The notes under the pieces: model-generated | The model's input: the letters and a program-made list of their open reading frames with translations, nothing else | Databases searched by the model: none | Told to the model about the DNA's origin: nothing | NCBI GenBank assembly: GCA_017441505.1 | Contig: JAFRXL010000057.1 | Location: 16,966 to 80,965 of the forward strand | Reading direction: 5' to 3' | Origin: Ruminococcus sp. | Lineage (GTDB): Bacteria; Bacillota; Clostridia; Oscillospirales; Ruminococcaceae | Length of the DNA stretch: 64,000 bases | Position numbers and translations under genes: made by a program | In this document: positions 1-9,406 of the stretch, in pieces | Position numbering within the stretch: the first letter of the stretch is position 1 | How the letters are laid out: every line of letters begins with the position of its first letter

Positions 1-314
1 ATACCTATAACACCTTGAAAAAGAGAAATATTATTATACAGATTGTTGTTTACTAAATGGTGCAGTTTGTAATATTTATGTAACTTTTAGAAGTTAATTT
101 ATTTCTAATGTTAACAAATATTTAATATCAGCTACATATTTGAGACATAAAAATTGTGCTGTTTATCACTAAGAACGGTCTTTTTGCCAATTATTTTTGG
201 ATGCAAAATGGAAAAATTCTCAAAACTATTGCTATTTTCCGTCAAATGTGGTATCATGTTACACGACCCCGAAAGGGGAGGCTCAATATGCTAAAAATTT
301 GAAAGGATGAGTTG

Positions 315-1223
315 ATGAGAGAAGCCAAATTTGCAGCAAGTGTCTTCGGCGTTGTTACTGCTTGCTTGATTGGCGGGGGAGTTGTTGCTTACAACGCAGC
401 ACCTCAGGTTAATACAAGTGATAATTTCGAGATCGTAAAACCCGCTGGCGACGATTTGACATTAGCTGCTGCTGAAACTTCTGTTAAGACCACAACCGCA
501 AAAACTTCAGCAAAGAGATCATTTACAAGAGAAACTTTAGGAATTACTTCCTCAAATAAGCAGCTTACATTCAATGTAAGAGAAAACACAGGCAAATCCA
601 CCTATGTCGTTACTACAACAGCAGTTGTTACAGAGCCTGTGACAACAGTTGTTACTACAGTTACTCCTCCAACAGAGCCCGTAACAGAAGCACCTACCGA
701 ACCCGAGACAGAGGAAGAGGTAGAGGAATTCTATTACGAAGAGCCAATGTATATGGAAGAGTACGAAGAAGAAGAAGAATACGTAGAGCCTGAAACAGAG
801 GCTCCGGCAGAAGAAACAGTTACAGAACCTGAAACAGCAGCTCCAACAGAGCCTGTACAGGAGGTATCTTCAGAGACAACTGATAATGCACTCCCTATCT
901 CAGATTCAGATTTTATACTTCTTTGCAACGTAGTCGGTCATGAAGCAGGATCTTACTGGATCAGCGAATTTGAAAAGGCTTGCGTCGTAGAAGTTGTTAT
1001 GAACAGAGTAAAAAGTCCCCTCTATGCGAACAGCATATACGGTGTACTTACACAGCCAGGACAGTTCTCCGGCTGCTACTCTTACGTTAACCTCGGAAAA
1101 TTCTCTGGATACGTAACAGAGAGTGTAAAAAATGCAGTAAAACTTTACTTCAATGATCCATCCAAGTTTACACAAGGATATTTAAGCTTCTACGGAGACG
1201 GCCGCAGAAACTACTTCAAATAA
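315..1223 (+). CDS. Cell wall hydrolase (SleB/Hydrolase_2 family) with N-terminal membrane anchor and Thr/Glu/Pro-rich linker
   Basis: C-terminal LCNVVGHEAG...VVEVVMNRV.SP.YANSIYGVLTQPGQFS is the Hydrolase_2 pattern; hydrophobic N-terminus; RBS AAAGGA 7 nt before ATG 315 (ORF track starts at TTG 312). Confidence 0.8.
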   Translation: MREAKFAASVFGVVTACLIGGGVVAYNAAPQVNTSDNFEIVKPAGDDLTLAAAETSVKTTTAKTSAKRSFTRETLGITSSNKQLTFNVRENTGKSTYVVTTTAVVTEPVTTVVTTVTPPTEPVTEAPTEPETEEEVEEFYYEEPMYMEEYEEEEEYVEPETEAPAEETVTEPETAAPTEPVQEVSSETTDNALPISDSDFILLCNVVGHEAGSYWISEFEKACVVEVVMNRVKSPLYANSIYGVLTQPGQFSGCYSYVNLGKFSGYVTESVKNAVKLYFNDPSKFTQGYLSFYGDGRRNYFK

Positions 1224-1262
1224 TCATTGAAAGATAAAGTGGTCTTATATTAACAGAAAATT

Positions 1263-1290
1263 AAGTCCGGAGTACATCCGGACTTTTTTT
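1263..1290. terminator. Intrinsic terminator between convergent hydrolase and gpr genes
   Basis: AAGTCCGGA-gtaca-TCCGGACTT hairpin followed by T-run. Confidence 0.8.
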
Positions 1291-1295
1291 TATAC

Positions 1296-2144
1296 TCAGA
1301 ACAGCCCCCTAACGTCCTCCAAGCTGAGCTGAGGATGAAGTGCAAGATTAATGCCAAAGGCTATCAGCTGTGATGCACGCTCTGTAAGGCGGTCTATGTC
1401 TTTGGGAGTTACTATCATATTCGGAAGCTCACGGTCTATATCCACCCCTGTGAGACTTCTGACTATCGTATGCATATCGACTACTGTGGGAACTCCGATA
1501 GCTATAACAGGTACTCCAAGTACTTTGCGTGAAATTTCCCGCCTTGAATTTGCAATGCCGCTCCCCGGAGATATACCGCTGTCGGTTATCTGTATGGTAG
1601 TACCAAGTCTGCTAACGTCCGAACAGGCAAGAGAATCCACCGCTATAACAGCGGAAGGCTTTATAAGTCCCGTAACAGCTCTTATAAGCTCGGCAGTCTC
1701 TATGCCGGTCTGACCAAGCACTCCGCCTGCGAGAGCACTTACAGGTCTGAGTGAGGTGAGAAAAGAGTCCGACTCATCTTTAAGCTCTTCACGAAGATGC
1801 CGTGTAGCAAGTACCTTTGACACAACATCAGGTCCGAGAGCGTCCGGAGTGATGTCGCTGTTGCCAAGACCTGCTATAAGCACCGCCCCTTCCGGTATAA
1901 GCTTTCCAAGCTCAGAGGCAAGCTCCGTGACCATATCAGAGTATTCGTCAGAAAAGCGGCTCAGACTTTCTCCTTCAAGCGTGATATAAGTCCCCCTGCC
2001 CTTTCCTATGGAGTTAACGAAACTGTCGCTGTCTATCACTATCTCGGTTATGTCAAAAGCCTTTCCCCTCTTATCCAGATGAACTCCTTCGGGGAGCTGA
2101 CCCTCAGAAAAGCTCTCTAATGCAAGATCCGTTCTTATGTTCAT
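1296..2144 (-). CDS. gpr: Germination protease GPR endopeptidase
   Basis: IRTDLALE N-terminus, GLGN..ITPDALGP, AVDSLA, GISPGSG, IGVPTVVD and VTPKDID motifs; divergent from rpsT as usual in Firmicutes; GGAGG RBS supports start 2144. Confidence 0.92.
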   Translation of the reverse strand: MNIRTDLALESFSEGQLPEGVHLDKRGKAFDITEIVIDSDSFVNSIGKGRGTYITLEGESLSRFSDEYSDMVTELASELGKLIPEGAVLIAGLGNSDITPDALGPDVVSKVLATRHLREELKDESDSFLTSLRPVSALAGGVLGQTGIETAELIRAVTGLIKPSAVIAVDSLACSDVSRLGTTIQITDSGISPGSGIANSRREISRKVLGVPVIAIGVPTVVDMHTIVRSLTGVDIDRELPNMIVTPKDIDRLTERASQLIAFGINLALHPQLSLEDVRGLF

Positions 2145-2221
2145 AATTTCCCTCCTGTGTATATTGTGCATTTTGACATAATTGTTGAAAAATAATATAT
2201 ATATAATTTCACTTTTGACTA

Positions 2222-2250
2222 TTGCATTTCTTTGTGGAAAATGTTATAAT
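2222..2250 (+). promoter_or_regulatory. Sigma-A promoter of rpsT
   Basis: TTGCAT-N17-TATAAT with extended -10 TG. Confidence 0.7.
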
Positions 2251-2376
2251 TATATTTGTCTCAGTAGGATAAGTGTGCGTTGCACTTATCGGGAGTGCAC
2301 TGACCCGTGTGTACTCTATTATCTGTAAATTGCGGAGATATATACAACCCGCAAAATTTCAAGGAGGTGTAACAAA

Positions 2377-2637
2377 ATGCCAAACATTAAATCTGCTAAG
2401 AAGAGAGTTAAGGTTAATTCAACCAAGGCTGCTGCTAACAAGGCAAGAAAGTCAAATCTCAAGACAATTCTCAAGAAGGCTGACGCAGCTGTAGCTACAG
2501 GTGCTGCTGATAAGGAAGAGGCTATCAAGGTAGCTATCAAGAGAGTGGATCAGGCTTGTGCTAAGGGTCTTATGCATAAGAATAAGGCTGCAAGAAAGAA
2601 GTCTCAGCTCGCTAAGAAGCTCAATTCTGCTGAATAA
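2377..2637 (+). CDS. rpsT: 30S ribosomal protein S20
   Basis: MPNIKSAKKRVK...HKNKAARKKSQLAK; AGGAGG RBS. Confidence 0.98.
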   Translation: MPNIKSAKKRVKVNSTKAAANKARKSNLKTILKKADAAVATGAADKEEAIKVAIKRVDQACAKGLMHKNKAARKKSQLAKKLNSAE

Positions 2638-2663
2638 TTCGTCTTGTTGAAATAAAACAGCAA

Positions 2664-2708
2664 AATACCCCTTGCGGACAACTCACGGTCTCGCAAGGGG
2701 TTGTTTTT
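2664..2708 (+). terminator. rpsT terminator
   Basis: CCCCTTGCG...CGCAAGGGG hairpin followed by T-rich tract. Confidence 0.7.
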
Positions 2709-2848
2709 ATTGATGTATAGTCCATAACATCTCGTTAGAGGTGATTTTTAATATAGCCAGCGTTCTTAATGTTGAACCGAATAAGTTGCTTATATTTAAA
2801 GACTGAAAAACAAACCGACCTCCTGTTCAAAAGAACAAGAGGTCGAAT

Positions 2849-3853
2849 TTATTTATCATCAATTTTTTTTCCGTCGTCATTGATAAACTGCGTACCGAGC
2901 TCATTGAGGAAATCCGCAACGATGAACCGTGGACGCTGTTTGACCTCGGCGTATATCTTACCTACGTACTCTCCGATAATACCGAGGCAGAAGAGCTGAA
3001 GACCGCCTATAAGCCATATAGAGCAGATAGTGCTTGACCAGCCTATTTCGGCGAATCCGGCAAATTTAGCGATAAACGCCCATATAAACGCACAAATGCT
3101 GAGAATGGACATCAGAAATCCGAGTTCAGTAATAAGTTTGAGTGGTTTGGTGCTGAAAGAAGTAATGCCGTTTATGGCGAAAGCGAGCATTTTTTTCAGA
3201 GGATACTTACTTTCTCCGGCGAAACGCTCGTGTCTTTCATAGTATACCGAGCAGCTCCGGAATCCTATCAGCGGCACCATACCTCTCAGGAACAGGTTGA
3301 CCTCCTTGAAGTTAGCAAGTTCCTGGAGCACTCTTTTGCTCATAAGGCGGTAGTCGGCGTGATTATATATAACGTCCGCACCCATGACCTTCATGAATTT
3401 ATAGAAGCTTTCAGCGGTGAATTTTTTGAAGAACGTATCAGTTTTTCTTGCACTTCTGACACCGTACACTACCTGATTGCCCTCGTAGTACTTTTCGAGC
3501 ATTTCATCGATCGCATTTATATCGTCCTGAAGGTCGGCATCCATAGTAATGGATATGTCACAAATATCCTTTACCGTCATAAGTCCGGCGAGCACGGCAT
3601 TCTGGTGACCGCTGTTATGAGCAAGATCGATACCGGAGAAAAATTCCGGATGCTCTGAATGGAGCTTTTTTATGATATTCCAAGTATCATCCTTTGAACC
3701 ATCATTTACGAACACTATACGGCTTTGTGCAGAAATCATGCTTCTTTCCTGTAAAGATATGAATTTTTCCTTTAAACGTGATGCTGTTTCGTTAAGCACT
3801 TCCTGTTCGTTATAGCATGGTATGACCATATATAGAATTTCAGGTCCAGACAT
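2849..3853 (-). CDS. GT2 polyprenyl-phosphate glycosyltransferase (GtrB/YkoT/CsbB-like)
   Basis: VIPCYNE, VNDGSKD, N.GHQNA, DADLQD, two C-terminal TM helices, GIIGEYVGKIY.EVKQRP. Confidence 0.9.
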   Translation of the reverse strand: MSGPEILYMVIPCYNEQEVLNETASRLKEKFISLQERSMISAQSRIVFVNDGSKDDTWNIIKKLHSEHPEFFSGIDLAHNSGHQNAVLAGLMTVKDICDISITMDADLQDDINAIDEMLEKYYEGNQVVYGVRSARKTDTFFKKFTAESFYKFMKVMGADVIYNHADYRLMSKRVLQELANFKEVNLFLRGMVPLIGFRSCSVYYERHERFAGESKYPLKKMLAFAINGITSFSTKPLKLITELGFLMSILSICAFIWAFIAKFAGFAEIGWSSTICSIWLIGGLQLFCLGIIGEYVGKIYAEVKQRPRFIVADFLNELGTQFINDDGKKIDDK

Positions 3854-3981
3854 TATATCACTTCTTCCGACTTATTCTTATCATATTGTTTAAAGTATAT
3901 CACAGGTTGTGAGATATGTCAATATTCCGGCAAAATACAGCACATAAAATTAATATCTGGTTACATTATCGTACTACTTTA

Positions 3982-4010
3982 TTGACATGAAAGGATTTTT
4001 GTTATATAAT
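3982..4010 (+). promoter_or_regulatory. Sigma-A promoter
   Basis: TTGACA-N17-TATAAT, perfect consensus. Confidence 0.8.
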
Positions 4011-4055
4011 ATATTCAGCGATACTTAAATAATGCTAAATACGGGAGGTTATGAT

Positions 4056-5690
4056 ATGTTTTGTACTAACTGCGGAAACAATTTAGGCGATGACGCAAAG
4101 TTCTGTCCTAACTGCGGAACAAAGATAAATGCGTCAGAAGTACCGTTCCCATCTGCATCCGGCAATTCTGCCAATGAAGAAAAGACGGTATACGATCCTT
4201 TCGAGCACGAAACTGATGCATTCAATTCTGAAAATTCATCCAGTGACATCACAACAGCTGTAAATGATATTCTTAATGATTCAGGATCATATTTCGAGGA
4301 CAGATACGATCCTCTTGATGCTCCGACAGAGCTTCTTTCAGATGATCCTTTTGTGAGCAGTCTTGATTCTTCTGTCTCTGCACCTTCTGAGACGAATAAA
4401 CCTGACGTTGCACCGCCTTTCGAGGGATTCAAGGACGAGCCTTTATCAGAAACTCCTCCTCCGGTAGATGAAAGTATATTCGGTAAAGCTATCAAGGCTG
4501 AGGATATAAAGGATGATTCAGCTCTTCCTCCACCGCCGGTGCTTGAGCCTATACGCAATAATAATACAAGCTTTGATGCAAGCAGCAATAAGGATAACTT
4601 AGATACAGTATATGTTCCTCAGGATCAGACCTTTGGCAATAATCCATTCAATAATTCTGATTTTGCTCCTAATAACGGACAGCAGTTCGGCGATCCTATG
4701 CAGCAGCCTTATCCGGCAGGCGGTATGGTACCTCCGCCGGCAGCAGAAGCTCCTGTGCAGAAGAAAGTCGGAGGCGGCAAAATGTTCATCGCCTCTATCA
4801 TAGCTTTCATAACTATACTTGTACTTCTCACATTCAGCCTTGCTGTCAGCGTAAAGTTTGGTGCATCAGGAAGCACATTAAAGGGACGTATAAAGAAACT
4901 TAACAGGAATACTCTTCTCAGTGCTGAATTTGATGACGATGAGGTCTCAAACAATATCTACAAGACCCTCGGATTCAGAAGCATCACTGACGGCGATGTT
5001 GATAAGGATGACTTCAAGGAGTACCTCATAGAGTCCGATATGCTCGAATACTTAGGTCAGAACGTAAAGAACTACGCTGACTATATCATCGAGGGCGAGG
5101 GCAAAGACCCTACAATTACTTCTGAGGACATCAGAAACGACTTCTTCAAGGAAAACAACGACGTTGCTGAGGACATTTTCGGCAAGAAGCTCAATAAGAA
5201 AGCTCTTAATAAGATTCAGAGCCGCCTTGAAGCAAATGACGTTGATAAGTCACTCTCTATAAGCGAATGGGACAACAGTTCACTCTTCTCTATGAGCGAT
5301 TATAATTACATATTCTCATATTTAACACTTGGCATCATGATCGCTATTGTGTTCCTGTTCCTCATATGGATAGCATTGATAGTTGACAGAAAGGGCCGCC
5401 ACGTTTGCGGATTCTTCGGAACTATCTTCTCTATCACCGGTCTGCTTATGTTCATTATCGGTGCAGGCGTTCTTGGAGTATGCTCTATACTGTTTGCAGT
5501 TACAAGCAATGTTATATTCTATCTCATTCCAAACGTTTTATTCTGGTTCGGTATCATCGCACTTTGTATCGGTGCAGGCGAACTCTTCTTAGGCGGTATC
5601 TTCCACAAGATAAGCAAGAGCAAAAAACGCAAGGAAAAGGCTGTAAAGGCTGCTCAGGCACAGAATCCTGTTCCAATGCCTGTGCAGTAA
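4056..5690 (+). CDS. Zinc-ribbon domain membrane protein (acidic Pro-rich linker, about 4 TM helices)
   Basis: MFCTNCG...FCPNCG zinc ribbon; GGAGG RBS before ATG 4056; hydrophobic segments in the middle and at the C-terminus. Confidence 0.75.
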   Translation: MFCTNCGNNLGDDAKFCPNCGTKINASEVPFPSASGNSANEEKTVYDPFEHETDAFNSENSSSDITTAVNDILNDSGSYFEDRYDPLDAPTELLSDDPFVSSLDSSVSAPSETNKPDVAPPFEGFKDEPLSETPPPVDESIFGKAIKAEDIKDDSALPPPPVLEPIRNNNTSFDASSNKDNLDTVYVPQDQTFGNNPFNNSDFAPNNGQQFGDPMQQPYPAGGMVPPPAAEAPVQKKVGGGKMFIASIIAFITILVLLTFSLAVSVKFGASGSTLKGRIKKLNRNTLLSAEFDDDEVSNNIYKTLGFRSITDGDVDKDDFKEYLIESDMLEYLGQNVKNYADYIIEGEGKDPTITSEDIRNDFFKENNDVAEDIFGKKLNKKALNKIQSRLEANDVDKSLSISEWDNSSLFSMSDYNYIFSYLTLGIMIAIVFLFLIWIALIVDRKGRHVCGFFGTIFSITGLLMFIIGAGVLGVCSILFAVTSNVIFYLIPNVLFWFGIIALCIGAGELFLGGIFHKISKSKKRKEKAVKAAQAQNPVPMPVQ

Positions 5691-5706
5691 TCAATATCGT
5701 GTAATT

Positions 5707-5745
5707 AAAATGACCTCTTGTTCATTGTGAACAGGAGGTCATTTT
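5707..5745 (+). terminator. Intrinsic terminator
   Basis: AAAATGACCTCTTGTTCA-ttg-TGAACAGGAGGTCATTTT hairpin. Confidence 0.8.
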
Positions 5746-5833
5746 GCATGGCAGTCGGTTTTTATTGACACGATAAAATAGCTATGCTATAATTGTTGCT
5801 AACATAGATCGTAAATTATAGGAGGATAGGAAC

Positions 5834-6244
5834 ATGAAATCAAAAAAGAAAAAAAGAATCCTTATAACAGTAATGATACTTTTATCAGTTTACTTTATTT
5901 TTGTTGAGATTTTTATTTATATGAATTTAAAGTCGTATGGCTACGGACTAAAGGAGCTTCCTAAAACAACACTTGTGTATTTTCATTTAAGCAATGGTTT
6001 TACTGTCAGAACGGAAGAAAATTATACTGTATTCATAGGCAGGCATTCTTATATTTATGATGATGTATTGCATGAAAAAGGATATGCATCAGAACAGATG
6101 GGAATGGATAGTTTTTATAGAAAAGAGGGCAAAGAGTATAGTGGTGACAATGTTTACGAATTTTGCATCTCTGATACTAATGATTGGTGTCATTGGTTCA
6201 GAGTGTATCATATGAGCGGCAAACGAAAAATAGAGGATTTTTAA
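5834..6244 (+). CDS. Hypothetical membrane-anchored protein (AT-rich)
   Basis: Own TTGACA-N17-TATAAT promoter (5765-5793), GGAGG RBS, basic then hydrophobic N-terminus. Confidence 0.7.
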   Translation: MKSKKKKRILITVMILLSVYFIFVEIFIYMNLKSYGYGLKELPKTTLVYFHLSNGFTVRTEENYTVFIGRHSYIYDDVLHEKGYASEQMGMDSFYRKEGKEYSGDNVYEFCISDTNDWCHWFRVYHMSGKRKIEDF

Positions 6245-6401
6245 TTCTGACTTATTATATTGCATAGTTTTCAACACTCCCCCACCAAATGTTGAAAAAC
6301 TAATTAACAACATTTACAAGCAAAATCCAAACCAATACTATTGACAATACAAGCACAAAAGTGTATAATTTATACAGAATCTATTTTAAGGAGGCATAGG
6401 T

Positions 6402-7682
6402 ATGAATGTCAAAAAACTCACCGCAGCAGCGGCGGCAGCAGTATTGCTTGTAAGTAATATAGGGTACACAAGCAGCTCATATTCCAGCAACATACCGAAC
6501 AGCTATGCTGCCGGATCATTTACAGCTTCCTCATACTCAAAAAACACAGAAGGATTCGTAACAAGAATGTATAACATAGTCCTCGGAAGAAAACCGGATA
6601 CCAACGGACTAAATACATGGGTCAACAGACTTAATACAAAGAAAGCTACCGCTGCCGACATAGTTTCAGGCTTTTTTAATTCAGACGAATATAAGAAGAA
6701 GAAAAAAACTAACGAACAGATACTGACAGACTGCTATAACGCTATGCTCGGAAGAGAGCCGGATGCAAGCGGTATGAAGTCGTGGATGCAGAAACTGAAT
6801 GTTGGCATGACTTTAGCTGTCGTATACAAAGGCTTTGTAGGCAGCAATGAATTCAGGGGACTGTGCTCGACTTACGGCATAACTCCCGGAAGCATCACTT
6901 TGAAGTATGCGAGAGACGAAAATTATAACCGCACATATTTTGTGTATCGTCTTTACAAGAACTGTCTGTCGAGAGAACCCGATACGAATGGTCTTGAGAC
7001 ATGGTGTCAGAGACTGAAAAACGGATATACAGGCTCTCAGATAGCGAAAGGGTTTATTTTCAGCAAGGAGTATAAAAGCAAAAATACTTCCAATGCTGAC
7101 TTTGTAAAGATGCTCTACAGAACTATCCTCGGCAGAGAGCCCGACCAGAGCGGTTACAACAGCTGGCTGAATAAGCTCAATAACGGTACATCAAGAGAAA
7201 GTGTGACCAACGGATTCATTTTCAGCAACGAGTTCAGAGCACAATGCACAAAAATCGGCATTCAGCTTGGCGATAAGATACAAATTCCTGAAGAAACTCT
7301 GCCAAACATGAATCAGAGAAATGAAATATTGACCCTTGTCAACAAAGAACGTGCTTCAAGGGGACTTAGTCCGCTTACGCTGAATACTGAGCTTTGCAAA
7401 GCAGCTGACATTCGTTCCAAAGAGATAGCATCGTATTTTTCTCATACAAGACCTGACGGAACAATTTGCTATACTGTATTGAACGGGGTTAATCTCCCTG
7501 TGTATTATCATATGGGAGAAAATATAGCTTCCGGATATACATCGGCAAGTGCTGTTATGACCGGCTGGATGAACTCGCAGCCTCACAGAGAAAATATACT
7601 CAGCACAGATTACAAGTATATAGGCATAGGTGTAGTAAATGTAAACGGAAGGTATCATTGGACTCAGTTATTCATAGGATAA
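6402..7682 (+). CDS. Secreted protein with DUF4214-like repeats and C-terminal CAP/SCP domain
   Basis: Signal peptide; four LGREPD.SG...W-type repeats; CAP motifs LVNKER...FSHTRPDG...GENIA...WMNSQPHRENIL; promoter TTGACA-N17-TATAAT at 6341-6369. Confidence 0.85.
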   Translation: MNVKKLTAAAAAAVLLVSNIGYTSSSYSSNIPNSYAAGSFTASSYSKNTEGFVTRMYNIVLGRKPDTNGLNTWVNRLNTKKATAADIVSGFFNSDEYKKKKKTNEQILTDCYNAMLGREPDASGMKSWMQKLNVGMTLAVVYKGFVGSNEFRGLCSTYGITPGSITLKYARDENYNRTYFVYRLYKNCLSREPDTNGLETWCQRLKNGYTGSQIAKGFIFSKEYKSKNTSNADFVKMLYRTILGREPDQSGYNSWLNKLNNGTSRESVTNGFIFSNEFRAQCTKIGIQLGDKIQIPEETLPNMNQRNEILTLVNKERASRGLSPLTLNTELCKAADIRSKEIASYFSHTRPDGTICYTVLNGVNLPVYYHMGENIASGYTSASAVMTGWMNSQPHRENILSTDYKYIGIGVVNVNGRYHWTQLFIG

Positions 7683-7687
7683 AAAAT

Positions 7688-7721
7688 AAAGCCATTTGTT
7701 CGTTTGAACAAATGGCTTTTT
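7688..7721. terminator. Bidirectional terminator
   Basis: AAAGCCATTTGTTC-gttt-GAACAAATGGCTTT with A/T runs on both sides. Confidence 0.8.
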
Positions 7722-7730
7722 GATGTACTA

Positions 7731-8909
7731 TCAGAGTTTTTTCTTTTCGTCCTCTATGAGCTTTATGAGGTCATCAACGGACATATTTGCAGTCGACTTC
7801 TTTTTCTTCTCTGTATCAGACTTCTTGATAATGTCAGATATATCAGGTGTGCTGCTCTTCTTTGGTGCTGCCGCAGGCTGTGCGGACTGGCTTCTGAGAG
7901 GAGTTGTCTTTGGAACATCGTTTCTTGACATCTCTGCGAGCTGAGCCTTTGGAAGTACACCGGTTATATCGGAAGCGGATTCAACAGGTGTTGTCGGAGC
8001 ACTTGTTGCCTTTGTGCTGAATGAACCTGTTCTTTCAGCCTCAGCAGTTTTTCTGAGCATCTCTTCTCTGAGAGCGTCTGCTGTAGGAGCTGTTGAAGAG
8101 CTTCCGCCTACGTTTCTTGCAGCAAATGAGGATTCAGCACTACGCTGAGCCTTGAACTGCATTGTGCGTTCTTTTTCTTTCTGATAAGGAGAATCCGGAT
8201 TTACCTTCTTCTGACTGAAATTCTCAGCGATAGACATCTTTTTGCGTTCGAGCTCATCGCTTGGAGGAAGTTCCTGATTAGCTTCAAAGAGCGGAGTTCC
8301 GTTCTTTACGTGAGTTCTCTTCTGGTCTTTATTCTTTTCATTTTCGTCGTACTCATAGAAATCGAAGTTTTCGTCATCGAGATCATCGGATCTGGAAGAA
8401 GCTATCTTAGCGATGAGGAATATAACAAGTATAACGCAAGGGAGAATGAGCTCAAGGAGTATGCCGGGGATACCCTTTGTGAAGTTGATGAATCTTCCGA
8501 GCTCCTTTATCTCAGGATAACCGGAAGCAATAGCAACTATCTTATCCTTTTCGATATTTTCAGGGTCGATGACAGTTGAAGTTGAGGTTGAGAAAGTTTC
8601 AGAGCCGTCCTCAGCAGTAACGACTTCGTTTATTCTTCTTACGCAGAGCTTATCAGGTGAGCTTGAAGGGTAGCATATAACAATGTCACGTTCAAGCAGA
8701 GTATCGTTTGTTATTTCTTTTGCTATAAGAGCTGAACCCGGAGTTACCCAGTCAGCACCGTCTTCAACAATATAGATGTACCTTCCGAAGATGTGAGGTG
8801 TTTTTCCTCCTGAAAAAGCGACATTTATTGCCAGAGAAACAACTATGAACAAAATACATATTACGGCAATGAATACTTTCAGAATGGATAAACCTTTTTT
8901 CTTTTCCAT
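7731..8909 (-). CDS. Membrane protein with degenerate signal peptidase I (S26/SipW-like) domain and long charged C-terminal tail
   Basis: TM - P.IFG.Y.YIV...G..LI...DIV.....RRI.EV - TM topology of SipW-like proteins; catalytic motifs not recognisable. Confidence 0.55.
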   Translation of the reverse strand: MEKKKGLSILKVFIAVICILFIVVSLAINVAFSGGKTPHIFGRYIYIVEDGADWVTPGSALIAKEITNDTLLERDIVICYPSSSPDKLCVRRINEVVTAEDGSETFSTSTSTVIDPENIEKDKIVAIASGYPEIKELGRFINFTKGIPGILLELILPCVILVIFLIAKIASSRSDDLDDENFDFYEYDENEKNKDQKRTHVKNGTPLFEANQELPPSDELERKKMSIAENFSQKKVNPDSPYQKEKERTMQFKAQRSAESSFAARNVGGSSSTAPTADALREEMLRKTAEAERTGSFSTKATSAPTTPVESASDITGVLPKAQLAEMSRNDVPKTTPLRSQSAQPAAAPKKSSTPDISDIIKKSDTEKKKKSTANMSVDDLIKLIEDEKKKL

Positions 8910-9406
8910 AAATGATCACTTTCCTTTTCTTTACATTTTGATTATCATCTTTATTTTTTTGATTCTACACGTCAGACGGAATATATCCGTCACAAAACCA
9001 TAAAATATGGCAGTAAGAATATTATACCACATATTTATATAGATTTCAAATGTTTTTATAGTTATATTATTAAAATATGTCAGAAAAATAATATTTTTTG
9101 CGAACTATATCAAATTTGCACAAAGTTTTATTGATTGTTATATGCCTATAGTCAAAATGCACAATCAAAAAATGCTGTATTATTGCAGTCTACACTAAGT
9201 TTAAGGCTGAATACCGCAATATGTAAATTTAGTGGACAAATATTTGTTGAAATAAACAGTTGAAAAATCCGATAAAACATAGTATAATTGAAATATATAC
9301 CGCTTGTAATTTATTCTCATGTATATGGCTATACCTCGTTTGTAATGGTCAGAGAATAATATACGGATAGTATTAATGCCGCTGAACGGCAGAATGGAGA
9401 TTTGAT

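Noticed and set aside
255-312. c-di-AMP (ydaO) riboswitch upstream of the cell wall hydrolase
   Set aside because: Leader is only about 50 nt with a single CCCC-GAAA-GGGG hairpin; too short and lacks the conserved elements
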